A DNA stretch of 63,876 bases, the filler included, from Rhabdomonas costata (Eukaryota), in NCBI GenBank assembly GCA_019059605.1. It is 56 parts of 56 records of this genome, joined end to end, with 100 filler letters (N's around TTAATTAATTAA, not from the genome) between each part and the next. Parts side by side here need not be neighbours in the genome. Positions count along the whole stretch, not along the records: positions 1 to 1,044 come from JAHMHO010031737.1; positions 1,145 to 2,187 come from JAHMHO010031738.1; positions 2,288 to 3,330 come from JAHMHO010031739.1; positions 3,431 to 4,473 come from JAHMHO010031740.1; positions 4,574 to 5,616 come from JAHMHO010031741.1; positions 5,717 to 6,756 come from JAHMHO010031742.1; positions 6,857 to 7,899 come from JAHMHO010031743.1; positions 8,000 to 9,042 come from JAHMHO010031744.1; 48 more parts are not named here. One strand, written 5' to 3'. Each line of letters begins with the position of its first letter. The first letter of the stretch is position 1. The position numbers and the translations under genes were made by a program. Positions 1 through 12,460 of this stretch are shown piece after piece. Under the pieces are notes generated by a model that was not told the origin of the DNA, made no database searches, and was given only the letters and a program-made list of their open reading frames with translations.

Positions 1-880
1 AGTGTGATGTTGGGTTCGTGGGGTTCGTGGGGTTGGCATTGCTTGTTGAGTACATCATGTGTTTGTATTCTTAGCGCTTCTGAGGTGGTATGGTTTTTTG
101 TGCGGTGGATGTTGGTTGGATGTTGGATGCTAGTGGTAGTTAGAGCGTAAGGGTAACAGTATCAGCATGACTATGAGTAAAGAATGCAGTAATTCTAGCA
201 TGACTCAGAGGGAGAGAAGAGAAGAAGAAGAGAAGAAATAACCCCCTTAACCTCTTACGTTTCATACTTCTTACTACTGGCTCGCTGACGCACCCGTGCT
301 TCGTTCCTTCTAAACCATCACATTCACCTGTATCTTCTTCCTGCGGCTACGCCCGGACGGATCTCACGTACCGGCTTATGCCGGGGAGTGAGAGGAGTGA
401 CACGTATAGAAGAGTGAAGATGGAGTGGCTCGAAGGACTGATAGACACGACATGTTGATGTACTACTACGCATGATGCCCCTTCGTGACATCATGCTTCG
501 TTGATACATGTTCTCCTACGGCATGCCTCGTTCCACTCGACATGCTTTCGTTGAAGATGTTGATACACTTTACTGTCGCATGCTCCACCGCTTTACAGCT
601 ACGCATGCTCTAACTCATGACGTCGTAATTCGCTACCTCGAATCCATCCTCTACATGCTCACTCCACCGCTTCACGGTTACGTTCACTATGATGGAGAGG
701 AGGAACGTACCGACGTGAGTCGGGGAGTGACGACGTGGAAGAGTGGAGAAGTGACTCGAGGGACGGAGAGTCACGACGATGGAAGATGTTGATACTACTA
801 CGCATGCTCGGTCCCTCGCATGCTTCGTGTTATACTACGGGATGGCTTCGTACCTAAACCATGCCTTCGTGTAATACAAT
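1..880 (+). repeat. Complex interspersed repeat family A, copy 1 (internal ~340-bp duplication)
   Basis: Shares TATCAGCATGACTATGAGT..AGAATGCAGTAA, GGCTACGCCCGGACGGA and CGTACCGAYGTGAGTCGGGGAG with the reverse complement of 56290-56800; 367-480 resembles 705-810. Confidence 0.8.
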
Positions 881-1044
881 GTCAGGATAGCATCTCCTAC
901 GTCGATGCCATCCTCCCATCCAATGATAAGAGAGCTCAGATGTCGGCATTCCGTTCTCAGTGTTGCTAATGCCCACAAGGAATGTACCAATGCGGATCAT
1001 CGCGAATCGTGTTGAATAGTTTTTCATGTACCTCCACCCCCCAC

Positions 1045-1144
1045 NNNNNNNNNNNNNNNNNNNNNNNNNNNNNNNNNNNNNNNNNNNNTTAATTAATTAA
1101 NNNNNNNNNNNNNNNNNNNNNNNNNNNNNNNNNNNNNNNNNNNN
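1045..1144. other. Artificial contig spacer N44-TTAATTAATTAA-N44 (first of ~55, recurring every ~1.14 kb)
   Basis: Identical 100-nt block with stops in all six frames throughout the window; flanking contigs are all ~1037-1044 bp. Confidence 0.98.
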
Positions 1145-1769
1145 TTGGCATGAGCGTGGGTGCGGAAAGGCGAAGGAAGGGGTGCTCCCGCAGAAGCGCG
1201 GAGGCTGTGGGACGAGACGTGGGGTCCTGCGCCATGCACTGCGAGACCAGCGCGATGCAACTTGGGCTGGGGCAGGGCGTGCGGTAGGGCCCCGGCGGCC
1301 CTCGGGCTTGGGGTGGGCCGAACTTCCCCAGGACCTCCAGAATGCCTCCCCACTGTACGACCGCGAGGTCCTGCCCAATGAGCCTGAGCCGCCAGAGAAA
1401 GTCAAAAAACTTCTAATTCAGTTCTTAAAAAAGAACCTAACTCAGAGTTGGATCACTGTGAATCCATGAAACCAAAGCCACACAAAACGAAGGCTTGCAC
1501 AGTATAGGTGAACGAGACGGAAAACAGCCATCAATCGGTCAGTGAAGGTCCCCACCTGAGCAAACCGGGGTCGCCGCGAATCACAAGTCGCGATGGACGA
1601 AAACCACAAGAATGACGAGAGTGGCACAAGTGAAGGAGGCTCAATGTTTCTCCATCTGCGTCTCCTCGCACACACCAGCCCATATGCTCCAAGACCCAAA
1701 GAGAAGCCCCATGAAAAGTTCTATTTCCCTGTGCAAACATTTCCCAACAATGGGGCAGGTGCAGTCATC

Positions 1770-2035
1770 GGGCGATAGCTGCTGTAATGAGATCTCCGCT
1801 AAAGGTTGTGGAGAAGTAGACCGCAGCTGGGGTTGCACCAGCACGTGGGCACGAGGGAGTAGCGCACAAAATATGGTAACATACGCCTCCAGGTCGAACA
1901 TGTTCAGCGGCGCTTCCAAGGGGTTGCTCTCTGCCTCCACCGACAGAACGACGTCCTCCGGGACCAGTGGAAACATCCCCAGGGCACACTCCTTTGAAGC
2001 GTTGAAGCATAGCGGGCTTGAGCTCACGAATCGTA
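1770..2035 (-). CDS. Probable coding exon, unknown protein (boundaries approximate)
   Basis: Open, GC3-rich frame RFVSSSPLCFNASKECALGMFPLVPEDVVLSVEAESNPLEAPLNMFDLEAY... Confidence 0.3.
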
Positions 2036-2291
2036 CCACGCACCATGCAAGAGCGAAGCACCTCCTCCCCACCACCAATCCAACAACATCTCAGAGTAAG
2101 GGCATCGATGGGAGAACTATTTAATCAAGTCAAAGAAGAAAACAGGAAAGACCAGCACTGAGCAGTTTTCCAGCCTCGAGTAAATGGNNNNNNNNNNNNN
2201 NNNNNNNNNNNNNNNNNNNNNNNNNNNNNNNTTAATTAATTAANNNNNNNNNNNNNNNNNNNNNNNNNNNNNNNNNNNNNNNNNNNNGTTG

Positions 2292-2421
2292 GTTGGGCTG
2301 CACTGCTACTGGACCGACCAGTGCATCGCCGGCGCGGGCAGCTGGCTCGGGCGGTGGGACTTCCCCGCGCAGATCCGAATGACCACCGACGGGGGCTACA
2401 CTTGGAGCACCACCCTTATGG
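2292..2421 (+). CDS. Exon of a CBM20-like (starch/glycogen-binding) domain protein
   Basis: IAGAGSWLGRWDFPAQIRMTTDGGYTWSTTL fits the CBM20 pattern G...LGxWD...W; G|GTATGT donor at 2422. Confidence 0.5.
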
Positions 2422-3224
2422 GTATGTGGACCTTGCTCTTCTCTGCTCCCTGCGCTCTGCAACGGATTTGGGCATCCGGTGGGGTCACTTGGGACTCTCA
2501 GAACAACTCGCGTCGCTTTGTCCCAATCGGGTGGTACCGCAGGAGGTCTTGTCGCTGAACAGCTCAGCATCCATCTGTTTACCTCGAAGCCTTTTCTCCG
2601 CTCATGTTGAGTGCAATAAGAGTAATCCATACACACATGGGACTAATTTTCTTCGGATCCCTCGAGTAAATTACCGCGTGCGCCGCAGCAGAGCTGACTG
2701 TGGCGCTGTCCCTTGGAGAGCCACTTGTTAAGACTCACGGGGGTGGACTTTCGCAGGGCCGTCTGGTCTAACCTGCGTTGTGTGGTGATTGGCGCAGGGC
2801 GAATCGGGGACTTTGTGGGGGACTGCCGCTGTGGGGGAATCAACAACGAGATGTGCGTGTGCACGGTGAACAACGTATGCGGGCCGGTTCGTTTTCTTTT
2901 GGAAAGGGGAAAAAACACAGGAGAGCCCGTGCCGAAGCAAACGAATCTGATTCAGGCTGAGAGCAAAATTAATGAGTGGTGAAGTTACTCAGAACAATAG
3001 TGACCCTGGTCAGTCCCAATAGATTTTTTCTTTGTGTCTCGTCTGTCTTCGGCTCCCTTTAGTCTTCCCGCTGCACTCATTTGGAAACTGAATCTTGCAC
3101 CTCAGCCTGGCTCGCATGACCCTTCTGGAGCCTTTTTGCGGTTGTTCCGAGCCTCAGGTGCGCATGGACTTGAGTCAATAGGAGGGGTTGTTTTTGAGAC
3201 GATACAACGTTTTCCATAATGGAA

Positions 3225-3329
3225 TTGAACAACCCCCCCTCCCCCCCTCATTTTTCAATGTTGGTTAGCAAAACGGTCTTACCCAACATTGATAAGGGGT
3301 GGAGGGGGGCCAAAACCTTGGTTGTTCAA
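3225..3329. repeat. Imperfect inverted repeat, MITE-like
   Basis: TTGAACAACC...GGTTGTTCAA outer arms, TCAATGTTGG...CCAACATTGA inner arms, C-run/G-run pairing. Confidence 0.45.
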
Positions 3330-3432
3330 ANNNNNNNNNNNNNNNNNNNNNNNNNNNNNNNNNNNNNNNNNNNNTTAATTAATTAANNNNNNNNNNNNNN
3401 NNNNNNNNNNNNNNNNNNNNNNNNNNNNNNGG

Positions 3433-4473
3433 TGGGTTGGAACAATTGATTCTCAAACATTAACAAACAAAATACTTGATGATTCAACAAATACAATTAC
3501 TTGTGATAAATTAAGAACTTCAACAGGTTCAGTAATAATAAACGGCGCCGTGGCGCCGTCTCTAAACCAAGTATTAACAGCAACAGGAACAACAGGAGCA
3601 TCATGGCAGACATTTAGTCATTTAAATCTGTCAAATATTGGAACAAATACTCATGCACAAATAGATACTCATATATCATCAAGTTCTGGTGTTCATGGAG
3701 TTACTGGTTCAGTTGTTGGTACGTCTGATTCTCAACTTTTAACAAATAAATCATTATCAGATTCAACTTCTTATTTTGTTAATGTAACAGATGCTACAAA
3801 GAAAATAACTTTTAGTTTATCAGGATTAACAACGGCTACTACACGTACAATAACAGTTCCGGATGCTTCATTTACTTTAGTAGGCCTGGACTGTGTCCAG
3901 GCTTTAACAAATAAAACAATAGATTCAACGACAAATACAGTTACTTGTGATAAATTAAGAACTTCTACAGGCGCCGTAATAATCAACGGCGCAACTGCGC
4001 CGTCTCTAAACCAAGTATTAACAGCTACAGGAGCAACAGGAGCATCGTGGCAAACATTTAGTCATTTGAATCTGTCAAATATTGGAACAAATACACATGC
4101 ACAAATAGATACACATTTAAGTTCAAGTTCAGGTGTTTGTGGAGTCACTGGTTCAGTTGTTGGAACATCTGATTCTCAACTTCTAACAAATAAATCATTA
4201 TCAGACACAACTTCTTATTTTGTTAATGTAACAGATGTTACAAAGAAAGTAACATTTAATTTATCAGGATTAACAACGGCAACAACTCGTATATTAACAA
4301 TTCCCGATGCATCTTGTACATTAACGGGTCTGGACACAGTCCAGACTTTAACAAATAAAACAATAGATTCTACGACAAATACAGTTACTTGTGATAAATT
4401 AAGAACTGCAACCGGTTCAGTAATAATCAACGGCGCCACAGCGCCGTCTCTAAACCAAGTATTAACAACAACA
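3433..4473 (+). CDS. Virus-like fibre/tail-fibre repeat protein fragment, 148-aa (444-bp) tandem repeats, open at both contig ends
   Basis: GCGCCGTCTCTAAACC at 3553, 3997 and 4441; LTNKT/LTNKS and [18 protein letters not shown] motifs; Thr/Ser-rich; AT-rich and intronless, unlike host exons. Confidence 0.75.
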
Positions 4474-4602
4474 NNNNNNNNNNNNNNNNNNNNNNNNNNN
4501 NNNNNNNNNNNNNNNNNTTAATTAATTAANNNNNNNNNNNNNNNNNNNNNNNNNNNNNNNNNNNNNNNNNNNNGGGGGGGTGGGAGGGTTTGGGCCGCGA
4601 AC

Positions 4603-4746
4603 CTCCACCAGGTTGGTCAGGCGGCCCAGTCCATCCTGGGGAAGAGCCTCCACACTGTTGTTAGCCAAAAGCAGCTCTCGCAGTGCGGTGCAGTGCCACA
4701 GCCCAGGCGGAAGCCCGTGCACCCGGTTGTCGCACAGGTCGAGAAC
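4603..4746 (-). CDS. Leucine-rich repeat protein exon
   Basis: VLDLCDNRVHGLP...LRELLLANNSVEALP...LGRLTNLVE with LxxLxLxxN repeats; polypyrimidine-CAG acceptor and GT donor; 144 nt, phase 0. Confidence 0.88.
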
Positions 4747-4823
4747 CTGACGGCGGAAAAGCAAAAAGTTAGGTTGGGCCCAAGAGTTTAAAGCTCAACA
4801 TGGAGTTATGGAGAGTCAGCCAG

Positions 4824-4930
4824 TTTTCTTCATTGGCTTGGGCGCGGTTTGTTTGTTTGTTCAAGTTTGTGTATGCTTGAGTGATGACAAGCCAGAATGG
4901 AACACACGCACACGTGAAGGAGAGCGATGG
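4824..4930 (-). mobile_element. SINE-like family B, 3' portion
   Basis: Minus strand CATCGCTCTCCTTCACGTGTG...ACAAAC...GAAGAAAA matches the 3' ends of the 11431 and 21054 copies. Confidence 0.7.
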
Positions 4931-7900
4931 GTGTCCCAAGTTCCAGAAAGACACCACAGTTGAGTTCGGTGATCCTCCTGGAATTCCAGGCTAGACCCTT
5001 AGCCTCCCTCACCTTTACCCAACCTCCCTTCAGTCCTGTATCCGTCAGCACCTCTCCCACTCCGTCGTCAGCAAAAACCCATTTCCAAAACCGATGGTTT
5101 GTGGTTTCGAGGTTTTCCAGGAAGTCTTGGGCCGCGGAGCGCAGTGTAGCGGCCGAAGTTGCTAGGTGATGTTGTAATCCTAGCTGGTTTTCGTAGTGTC
5201 CAGCGTCCCGTGTACCGTGGGAGGTATACTTGACTTGGTGGTGGTGGTGGGGCTGTCGGGTTGACTTGTGTGTGTGTGTGGGGGGGGTGGAATCCTCCCA
5301 CTGGATAGCCCCATACGAGATACGACGTACAGCGTCGGCAGTACCCGCATTACAACCCTGCACAACAGCTCGCACGCGCAATATCCGTTCCCTCCCTGCT
5401 GGCAATTCATCCCCCTTCCCTTCGACATCACATATGCCTCTGAATGATGGAGCTGGCAACCGCCTGAAATCCAGCAAACGCAATGGATCTCCCCCCTCCC
5501 TCTCGTGGGGTTAGTGCATAGGAAGGGGCTTTCACTCTCCCAGGTATCCTTTCCCACCACCCGTTTCACACCTGGAGCTGGGTGAGCTGCAAGACAGCGT
5601 CTGGGATTGTTGTCAGNNNNNNNNNNNNNNNNNNNNNNNNNNNNNNNNNNNNNNNNNNNNTTAATTAATTAANNNNNNNNNNNNNNNNNNNNNNNNNNNN
5701 NNNNNNNNNNNNNNNNGGTTTGTGCCCGCGCTCCTGAATTCTACTACGCTCGCGCGTGTTTTGCCGTTCCCTCCCCTCTTTTTGGACCTGGGTTTTGTCC
5801 CATCAGTCGTCCCTGAGGGGCTGCTGGCGGGTATCACCCGGATGGACTGGAAATGGGGATCGTTTTTCTGGTGTGCCCCATTGTCACGGGTAAGTTTGTT
5901 GGGAATTTCCTTTATGCTACGTTCCGACATTGACCGGTGCATGGAGCGTCTCACAGACAACGGGAACCCCACGCTGCTTTGCTCATCTTGAGGTCGTGCA
6001 CCGGCTCCTGCAAAAACATCCATCTCCGCGCACTCCCTCTCCCACATGGGTCGGCGCTTGCATCAGAAATGAGAGGCCGGATCCACAGCACATTGGAGGT
6101 CATCTTAGGATGCCCCCATTCCGAAGGAAGCCTTTGAACTTGCGGGTCTACCTGTTTCCTCTGGAGGTTTCGGGTTTTTTGAACCCAGACGACGCCCACC
6201 TGCCTGCTGCAATTGCCTCGGTGCTGGGCTTTCATGAATCAGCTTTCATGAATGAGTTGTGTGGCGACTCACTTTTTTTTCCAGAGAGTGGCTGGAGAAC
6301 TTTTCTCGCCTACTTTCATCGTGTTCATGCTCGCACTAGTTTGAGTCATAGTTCCTCCACCCCGGACGCAGAGTTTAGACCAGTCCTTCTCGCAAGCCCA
6401 GACGCTAGAGTCTCGAGTGCGTTCGTGTGACGAGGAACCCATACACACAGTCCCCAGCCACAGCACGCAGCTGCCTTGGGAAACAGCCCAGGTTGTGAAG
6501 AACAAATGACGAAGAGAGACAGCGGAAGACGCGTGAACAGCGCGAAGGCAAAAAAAAAAAAGGGCAGAAAAACGCTTTCCCCTCCCCAATTCCAACATTG
6601 CCCATTGAGGGATCGGGAAAAGCAGTGAAAATAGATGGAAAGTATGGAGAGTTTTTGCCATCTCGAAAAGTTGTCATGCTGTCATGGTGATCATTGTTCT
6701 TTTTTTCCCATGTTACTCCCTAGCGTTCCTTCCCCCCCCCCCCATGCCACCCAAAANNNNNNNNNNNNNNNNNNNNNNNNNNNNNNNNNNNNNNNNNNNN
6801 TTAATTAATTAANNNNNNNNNNNNNNNNNNNNNNNNNNNNNNNNNNNNNNNNNNNNTCAGCATCACGGAAGTAGGAGGAACGACTGAGCGCAACGAAGGA
6901 GTGACGGAAAAGACCCAGTACCACAACCAAATAACCAGAGCAGCGTTGTGAAAGGCGTTCACTTGCGGGGGGGCAGAGACAGATAACAAACGACAACGAA
7001 AACAGAAACCAAATTCCCCGAAGAATGCGAAAGAAGTAAGTCCACTACGGGAAGAGGTGAGCCAGTGCCGACCGTCTCAATATCACTGTACTTTTGGTAT
7101 AGTGGGATATTTTTCGTTTCATTTCAAGACTAAGTCCCATCTAGAATGGAGAATGAAGTCCTTAGAATAAAAAATTCAAACATTATAATGTGAAACACCC
7201 CCGTTTCCACTATTTTTGCTTCTACCCAACAGAGGCACTTCCACCGGTACATTATTAACCGCAAAGTAACTCCTCGCGAACCATGTTCAAGGTTCTGTCG
7301 CTCTGGAATTCGCTTTTTGTTCAGAAACGTGACTGACTGCATTTCTATTGGTTTTTTGTAGAGTATATATTCCGATTCAGGATTTTCCTTTTTTGCCCAA
7401 GACTTCACTTCATCTTTTTGCTCAATCTTGTCAACACAAAGTATGAAAAAATGCAACCTCAATAGTCAACGTGAGTTGAACACAGGTCACCCCTACCCTC
7501 CCAACAGCCAAAAGTCCTATTGGTACTCAGTACCACCTTGAGGCGGGTCGCCGAACTGCACGATTACGACCGAGACAGACCGATTTCATTCGTTTGGGGA
7601 ATTGATCGAAGAACCAAGCTCTGTTTTGGCACCTGGTTTCAGTCCTTTTTAGGCACCTGCGTTCTTGGCGGTCTGCTGCACTTCGCGGCCGAAGACGTCA
7701 ACAGTCCAACAAGTGGCAAGTTTCAATAATTTCCCAGCAAAGCCTCCAAAAGTTCACCCATATTATTATTAGGACCGCCCATGAACCCACAGTTGGAACC
7801 CCGACAGAAGGAGTAAGTACCCCTTTTGTCTGTACAGCACTCCTACGCTTTTCCAAGGCAAGGACGACCCTGTCACCCTTCCTGTTCGACCCCACCACAN

Positions 7901-9426
7901 NNNNNNNNNNNNNNNNNNNNNNNNNNNNNNNNNNNNNNNNNNNTTAATTAATTAANNNNNNNNNNNNNNNNNNNNNNNNNNNNNNNNNNNNNNNNNNNNA
8001 GGGAGAGGGTGATACAGCAGGAAGACTGGGGGTGGGGGCACTGAAATACAACAAGACATCCCTGGTTGCGAGGCATGGGGTGAAACGACTTATAAGCTGC
8101 CGGTCGTACTCCTCAGAGAGGATTTGACGCTGCCATAACGGGAGGAGAAGAGGGGTATCAGACATAGATTATCTGCTGCAATCGCACAACCTGTTGCACG
8201 GTGGAACAAAGAAGCACCAGGAAACACAGGGGAGCTGATGGAACTGATGGAAACAAACACAATGCGCAAGAGGACAAGTCACGGTCGAAGGTGCAGAAAC
8301 GACTGAGGTAAATGTAATCTTCCCAAGACCTGCCGAGTTGTGGAGGTGAGGGCAATGGGAAGAAATACAGCGGCGGGAGCGGGGCTCTCTGCGCCAGTGT
8401 ATGTAATGTGAAGCTTTGATTGGTGTCACTGGAGTAGCTTGAGAGAGGGATGGAAGAGGACCCTTGGACGCAAGAGAGCGGAATAGAGGCACAGAAAGCA
8501 TAGAAAGTACAGAGGAAGCTCACAAACCCGCAGCCCTCTCCCATCTCTTTAACCCTCTAGACAGCACCAGAATCAGATGAATACATAGGCCCATCACGAT
8601 CCGTGAGCTGCGGTGCGGCTGGTGATGGTGATGAAACGAAAAGGACTGCACCATGCGAATAGCTCAGAAAGTTGCAAAAAAGAAAAAGCAGGACAGGAAA
8701 GAGGAAAATAACACGAAGAAAAATTTAGAGGGAGGACTGCGGAAGAATGTTTTGCGCATACATCAACACGTGATGACGCAAGACTCTGCGCGGGGTAAGG
8801 GAACAGCAGTGCTCAGTGCAGGCTCTGCTGGTGCTGGGCAAATGGAAAAACACGCCAGACTGTACAGAAGGCACCAGAAAAAAAGGAAAAACGTTGCATT
8901 GCGGGAGGAAAAAACTTTTTACCCCCAGCCCCCCCCCATACACACTATCGCAGCTCGTATGAGGTGTGTGAGGAAGAACAGGAAGACGTGCTTCCATTTT
9001 CTAAAGCCTTCCCAAACAAAACCCCCAACCACACCCACCACANNNNNNNNNNNNNNNNNNNNNNNNNNNNNNNNNNNNNNNNNNNNTTAATTAATTAANN
9101 NNNNNNNNNNNNNNNNNNNNNNNNNNNNNNNNNNNNNNNNNNGGGGGTTGTGTGCAGGCCTGCCGAGCGCTGACCAAGATGGTGACCCATCCCAAGGCGC
9201 AGCAGGCCATCCTGGAGCAAAGTGTGCCCCAACCCCTCCGCCTTGCCTTCTAGTAGCAGCTTCCTTTTCCCTTTGCGTGAATGGAGTTGTGTGTGTGGGT
9301 TCCTCAAGAACGAGCTGCGAAGAGAGGCCCTCTGTCAAGTTTATCGGCTTCGATTTAAGCGGACCCCTTTACCTGTTCACTTTTGTGGGTTTTGGTTTAC
9401 TCTGCTGGACGCGCTTTTTCACTCAG

Positions 9427-9937
9427 AGCTTGTGGGCAAGTTGATGCACCCCGTCCATGACACTCCCAAAGTGGCTGTGGAAGCCTTTCGACTGCTCTCA
9501 GGTTCGCGCTGCCCCTTCCCTCTCCCCAACTGCTTCTTGGCTCCGTCGTTTCAGAAGACGTCTGTGGATCGTGAGAGCAAATTGGTGGTTTTCTCATAGT
9601 GGTATTTTTCTGCAGTTTTGCAGTGCTAGCGGAAGAAATTAGACTTTGGGACCACAAGCACCTGGGGATTCGCATGCATTGAAAAACAGGAAGGCTGCCC
9701 CCATCCTCCTCCCCAAGTGTCCCCATTTCAGGTGTGTCTGTTCCGTTGACAGTATCCTCTTTGCACCGAAGATTCCTATGTGTGTACATGCGTTTCGGAT
9801 TTCTTCCTCTTGCAGCGATGGATGCGCACTGGAACGACCGTGCCTGCACCGAGGCGCTGATCCGGGAAGGCTGTGTGCCGCTGTGCCTAGAGAAGGCCCG
9901 CACAGGCAGCGACGAGGTCAAGGTGGAAGCCCTGAGG
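9427..9937 (+). CDS. ARM/HEAT-repeat protein, two exons (9427-9501, 9816-9937)
   Basis: Phase-compatible GT-AG intron gives ...VEAFRLLSAMDAHWNDRACTEALIREGCVPLCLEKARTGSDEVKVEALR, an ARM-like pattern. Confidence 0.65.
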
Positions 9938-10077
9938 GTAGTATCACCCGCCTTCCAACACGGACACCCAACTCACACGGTTGAGGTCAGTTGGGCTCTT
10001 TTTGTGAGGCTAACGTTGTTCCGCACAATGATGGCGTTACTATTTCACTCCCGTTCAGTTCCAACCGTTGGGGCTTC

Positions 10078-10179
10078 GTGGCGTTGGGGTGGTGTTTTAG
10101 GCGTTGTCCAAGGTGTACAGCGTGAAGGAAGCTTTTATTGAGGTCCTGGACAACGCCTAAAACACCACCCCAACGCCAC
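10078..10179. repeat. Terminal fold-back hairpin (33-bp perfect arms), likely WGA artefact
   Basis: 10078-10110 is the reverse complement of 10147-10179 at the contig end. Confidence 0.85.
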
Positions 10180-10670
10180 CCAACCNNNNNNNNNNNNNNN
10201 NNNNNNNNNNNNNNNNNNNNNNNNNNNNNTTAATTAATTAANNNNNNNNNNNNNNNNNNNNNNNNNNNNNNNNNNNNNNNNNNNNTGTTGTGTTTTCCTC
10301 TGGTGAAGGTGAGGACTTACTAACAGGATACGGGTTCTACAACTGTGCGGGCAGGTTCTTGGATTTTTCGCATCTCGCACTTCTCGCACGTCTTTGTACT
10401 GCCCGTGCCACCAGAAATCACACCTCTTGGTCTGCAGTGGACTTTGAGATAGTAAAAAGGTTTCGTTGTCAGTATGTCAGCGTGCCAGCATGGTTGCGTC
10501 TTGTGGATGTGCATCGGATTCTCATAAGCTCTTGAGTTCCCGATCTAATTTTCCTTTTTCCCGGTGTTTCCGAGATGAGGTGGTGACATCAGCTGTATTT
10601 TTTTCGTGGCTTTCATCTTGCATGACCGGCCGACATATCTTCGAGAAATGTCCCCCTCCCCGTCCCGCAG

Positions 10671-10891
10671 ATGAGCGCAGGTTGAGAAATCTTGCAGAGG
10701 CCTGCTTGGTGGTGCCCCAGGCTGTCGAGGAGCCCTCCTCCTCCTCCTCGGCGGATCTCCCTCCGGTTCTGGTGTGTGTGCGGCGTCAGGATAGCCCACG
10801 GGAACCTTCCGCTGGATCTGAAGTGGAAAAGGCGCTGAAGGACTACACCTCGCACTGCCTGACTGAGATCAGGGAGGTTCCTGCCGTCTAG
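10671..10891 (+). CDS. Probable exon, unknown protein
   Basis: CCCGCAG acceptor, then DERRLRNLAEACLVVPQ...EVEKALKDYTSHCLTEIREVPAV*. Confidence 0.4.
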
Positions 10892-11430
10892 CAGTTCTCT
10901 TTTTCTTCCTGCCCTGCTTCCTGTCAATCCATAAATCATGAATTACATATCCACCTCTCCGTCCAGCTTCTGTCAAGGGTCACCTTTTGGTTGGAAAAGA
11001 AAGAAAAGGTGCAACAATGACGGGCCTTCACTGGCTGAATAGCATTACTCCATCGCTGGTGTGGTGCCCTCACGTTCTGTAATTGAGAAACGCTAGCCAA
11101 CAAGCACTTTTTATCGTAAGGTGGAGAACTGAAACTGACTTCTTCAGAGGCGAAATCTGTCACATCCCATTTTGGCGTAGTGGCACTATGGGGACCCCCC
11201 CCCCGTATCATATGTATTACGGGGACCTATCAAGTATTATGGGGACCCCCCTGTTTTCGGTGTATTTTGCGGACCCATACGGAGAGGAATGAAGATCAAA
11301 GTGCAGAGAATGTTGCACACACCTANNNNNNNNNNNNNNNNNNNNNNNNNNNNNNNNNNNNNNNNNNNNTTAATTAATTAANNNNNNNNNNNNNNNNNNN
11401 NNNNNNNNNNNNNNNNNNNNNNNNNGTTGT

Positions 11431-11659
11431 GGGGTCTTGGCCTGTGGTCTGGTGAGCGCCGGCACCCCACGTTTGACAACAAAGCAATAAAACCCTCCGT
11501 GCGAGCACCCAGGCTGCGCGTGTCTTAAGTTAGGGGCAACTTTCTTTTCCATCATCGCTCTCCTTCACGTGTGTGTGTGTTTATTTTCCGTCTTTTCATC
11601 ACACAAACGTACACAAATGCGAACAAACAGACACAAACATACATAATTCAAAGAAGAAA
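11431..11659 (+). mobile_element. SINE-like family B copy (upstream of the C2 exons, probably intronic)
   Basis: GGGTCTTGGCCTG..GGCACCCCACG..GACAAC..CCCTCCGTGCGAGCACCCAGGCTG..CATCGCTCTCCTTCA..ACAAACAGACACAA..A-rich end, shared with 21054 and 48884. Confidence 0.8.
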
Positions 11660-11873
11660 CTAGCGGGGCAGGTTGTTTGCTTTTAGAAGGCTGTGAATGA
11701 TCCTCCAGTGCGATGGATAGTTCCCCGAGATTTGAATAGAAGGTTTTGGCAGGGGATTAAAGAGCGATATATAAATCCAGAAGCAGATGATTCCAGAATG
11801 TATCCCAATGATCATACAGGGCCCAGAAGAATGAATATGTGGCAAGGAGCACTGAGGTTCAGCGAGGGTGCAG

Positions 11874-11901
11874 GGGTGGTGGTGGTGGTGGTGGTGGTGG
11901 T
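11874..11901. repeat. (GGT)n microsatellite
   Basis: Seen directly. Confidence 0.9.
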
Positions 11902-11934
11902 GATTTGCTCGACTTCCTTTTCCCACACTTACAG

Positions 11935-12460
11935 GTGCAGGCTCGCGACCTCCCCAACGCTGACATTCTGTCTGTGTCCGACCCCTTCTGCAAGGTATAC
12001 TTCTGGGCGTGCACAGGATTTCGGCGCACTGCTCGGGACCAGGAAATGACAAAATTACCCAGATTTAGACCGTATTCCCCTAATTTGACGGATACTCAGG
12101 CCAGAAGGATTTATCTTTTACTGGTGGTTGCAAAAAGTCCTTTACCTTTTGATTTCATCCCAAGAGAGAGCGGATATGCTTAGCTTTTTGAAGGGTGAGT
12201 TTAAACACAAGATGAAAGTGCTGAAAAGATCGTGTTGCGCTGTTTTGGAGCCATTTTGAACATGAAAGGCAGGGCCCTCGTTTCGTTATGGGACCTCTCA
12301 GCGGGTCTGCCAGTGCACAGCGCCCAGACTTGTGTTAACGAACATGTGAGGTGCAGGTGTGTATTTGTGTGCACAGCTCCACATTGGTCTGGGGCCGGAG
12401 CAGACCAGCAAATACATCAACAATGACCTGAATCCCGTCTGGGACGAGGACTTCGCCTTC
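11935..12460 (+). CDS. C2-domain protein, two exons (11935-11994, 12377-12460)
   Basis: Spliced VQARDLPNADILSVSDPFCK|LHIGLGPEQTSKYINNDLNPVWDEDFAF with the ARDL..D..SDPF and LNPVW.E.F C2 motifs; GT-AG intron 11995-12376. Confidence 0.92.

Noticed and set aside
4830-5483. 217-aa minus-strand ORF upstream of the LRR exon
   Set aside because: It runs through CA/CCA simple repeats and a family B copy; only ~4956-5230 might be exonic and splice sites could not be fixed.
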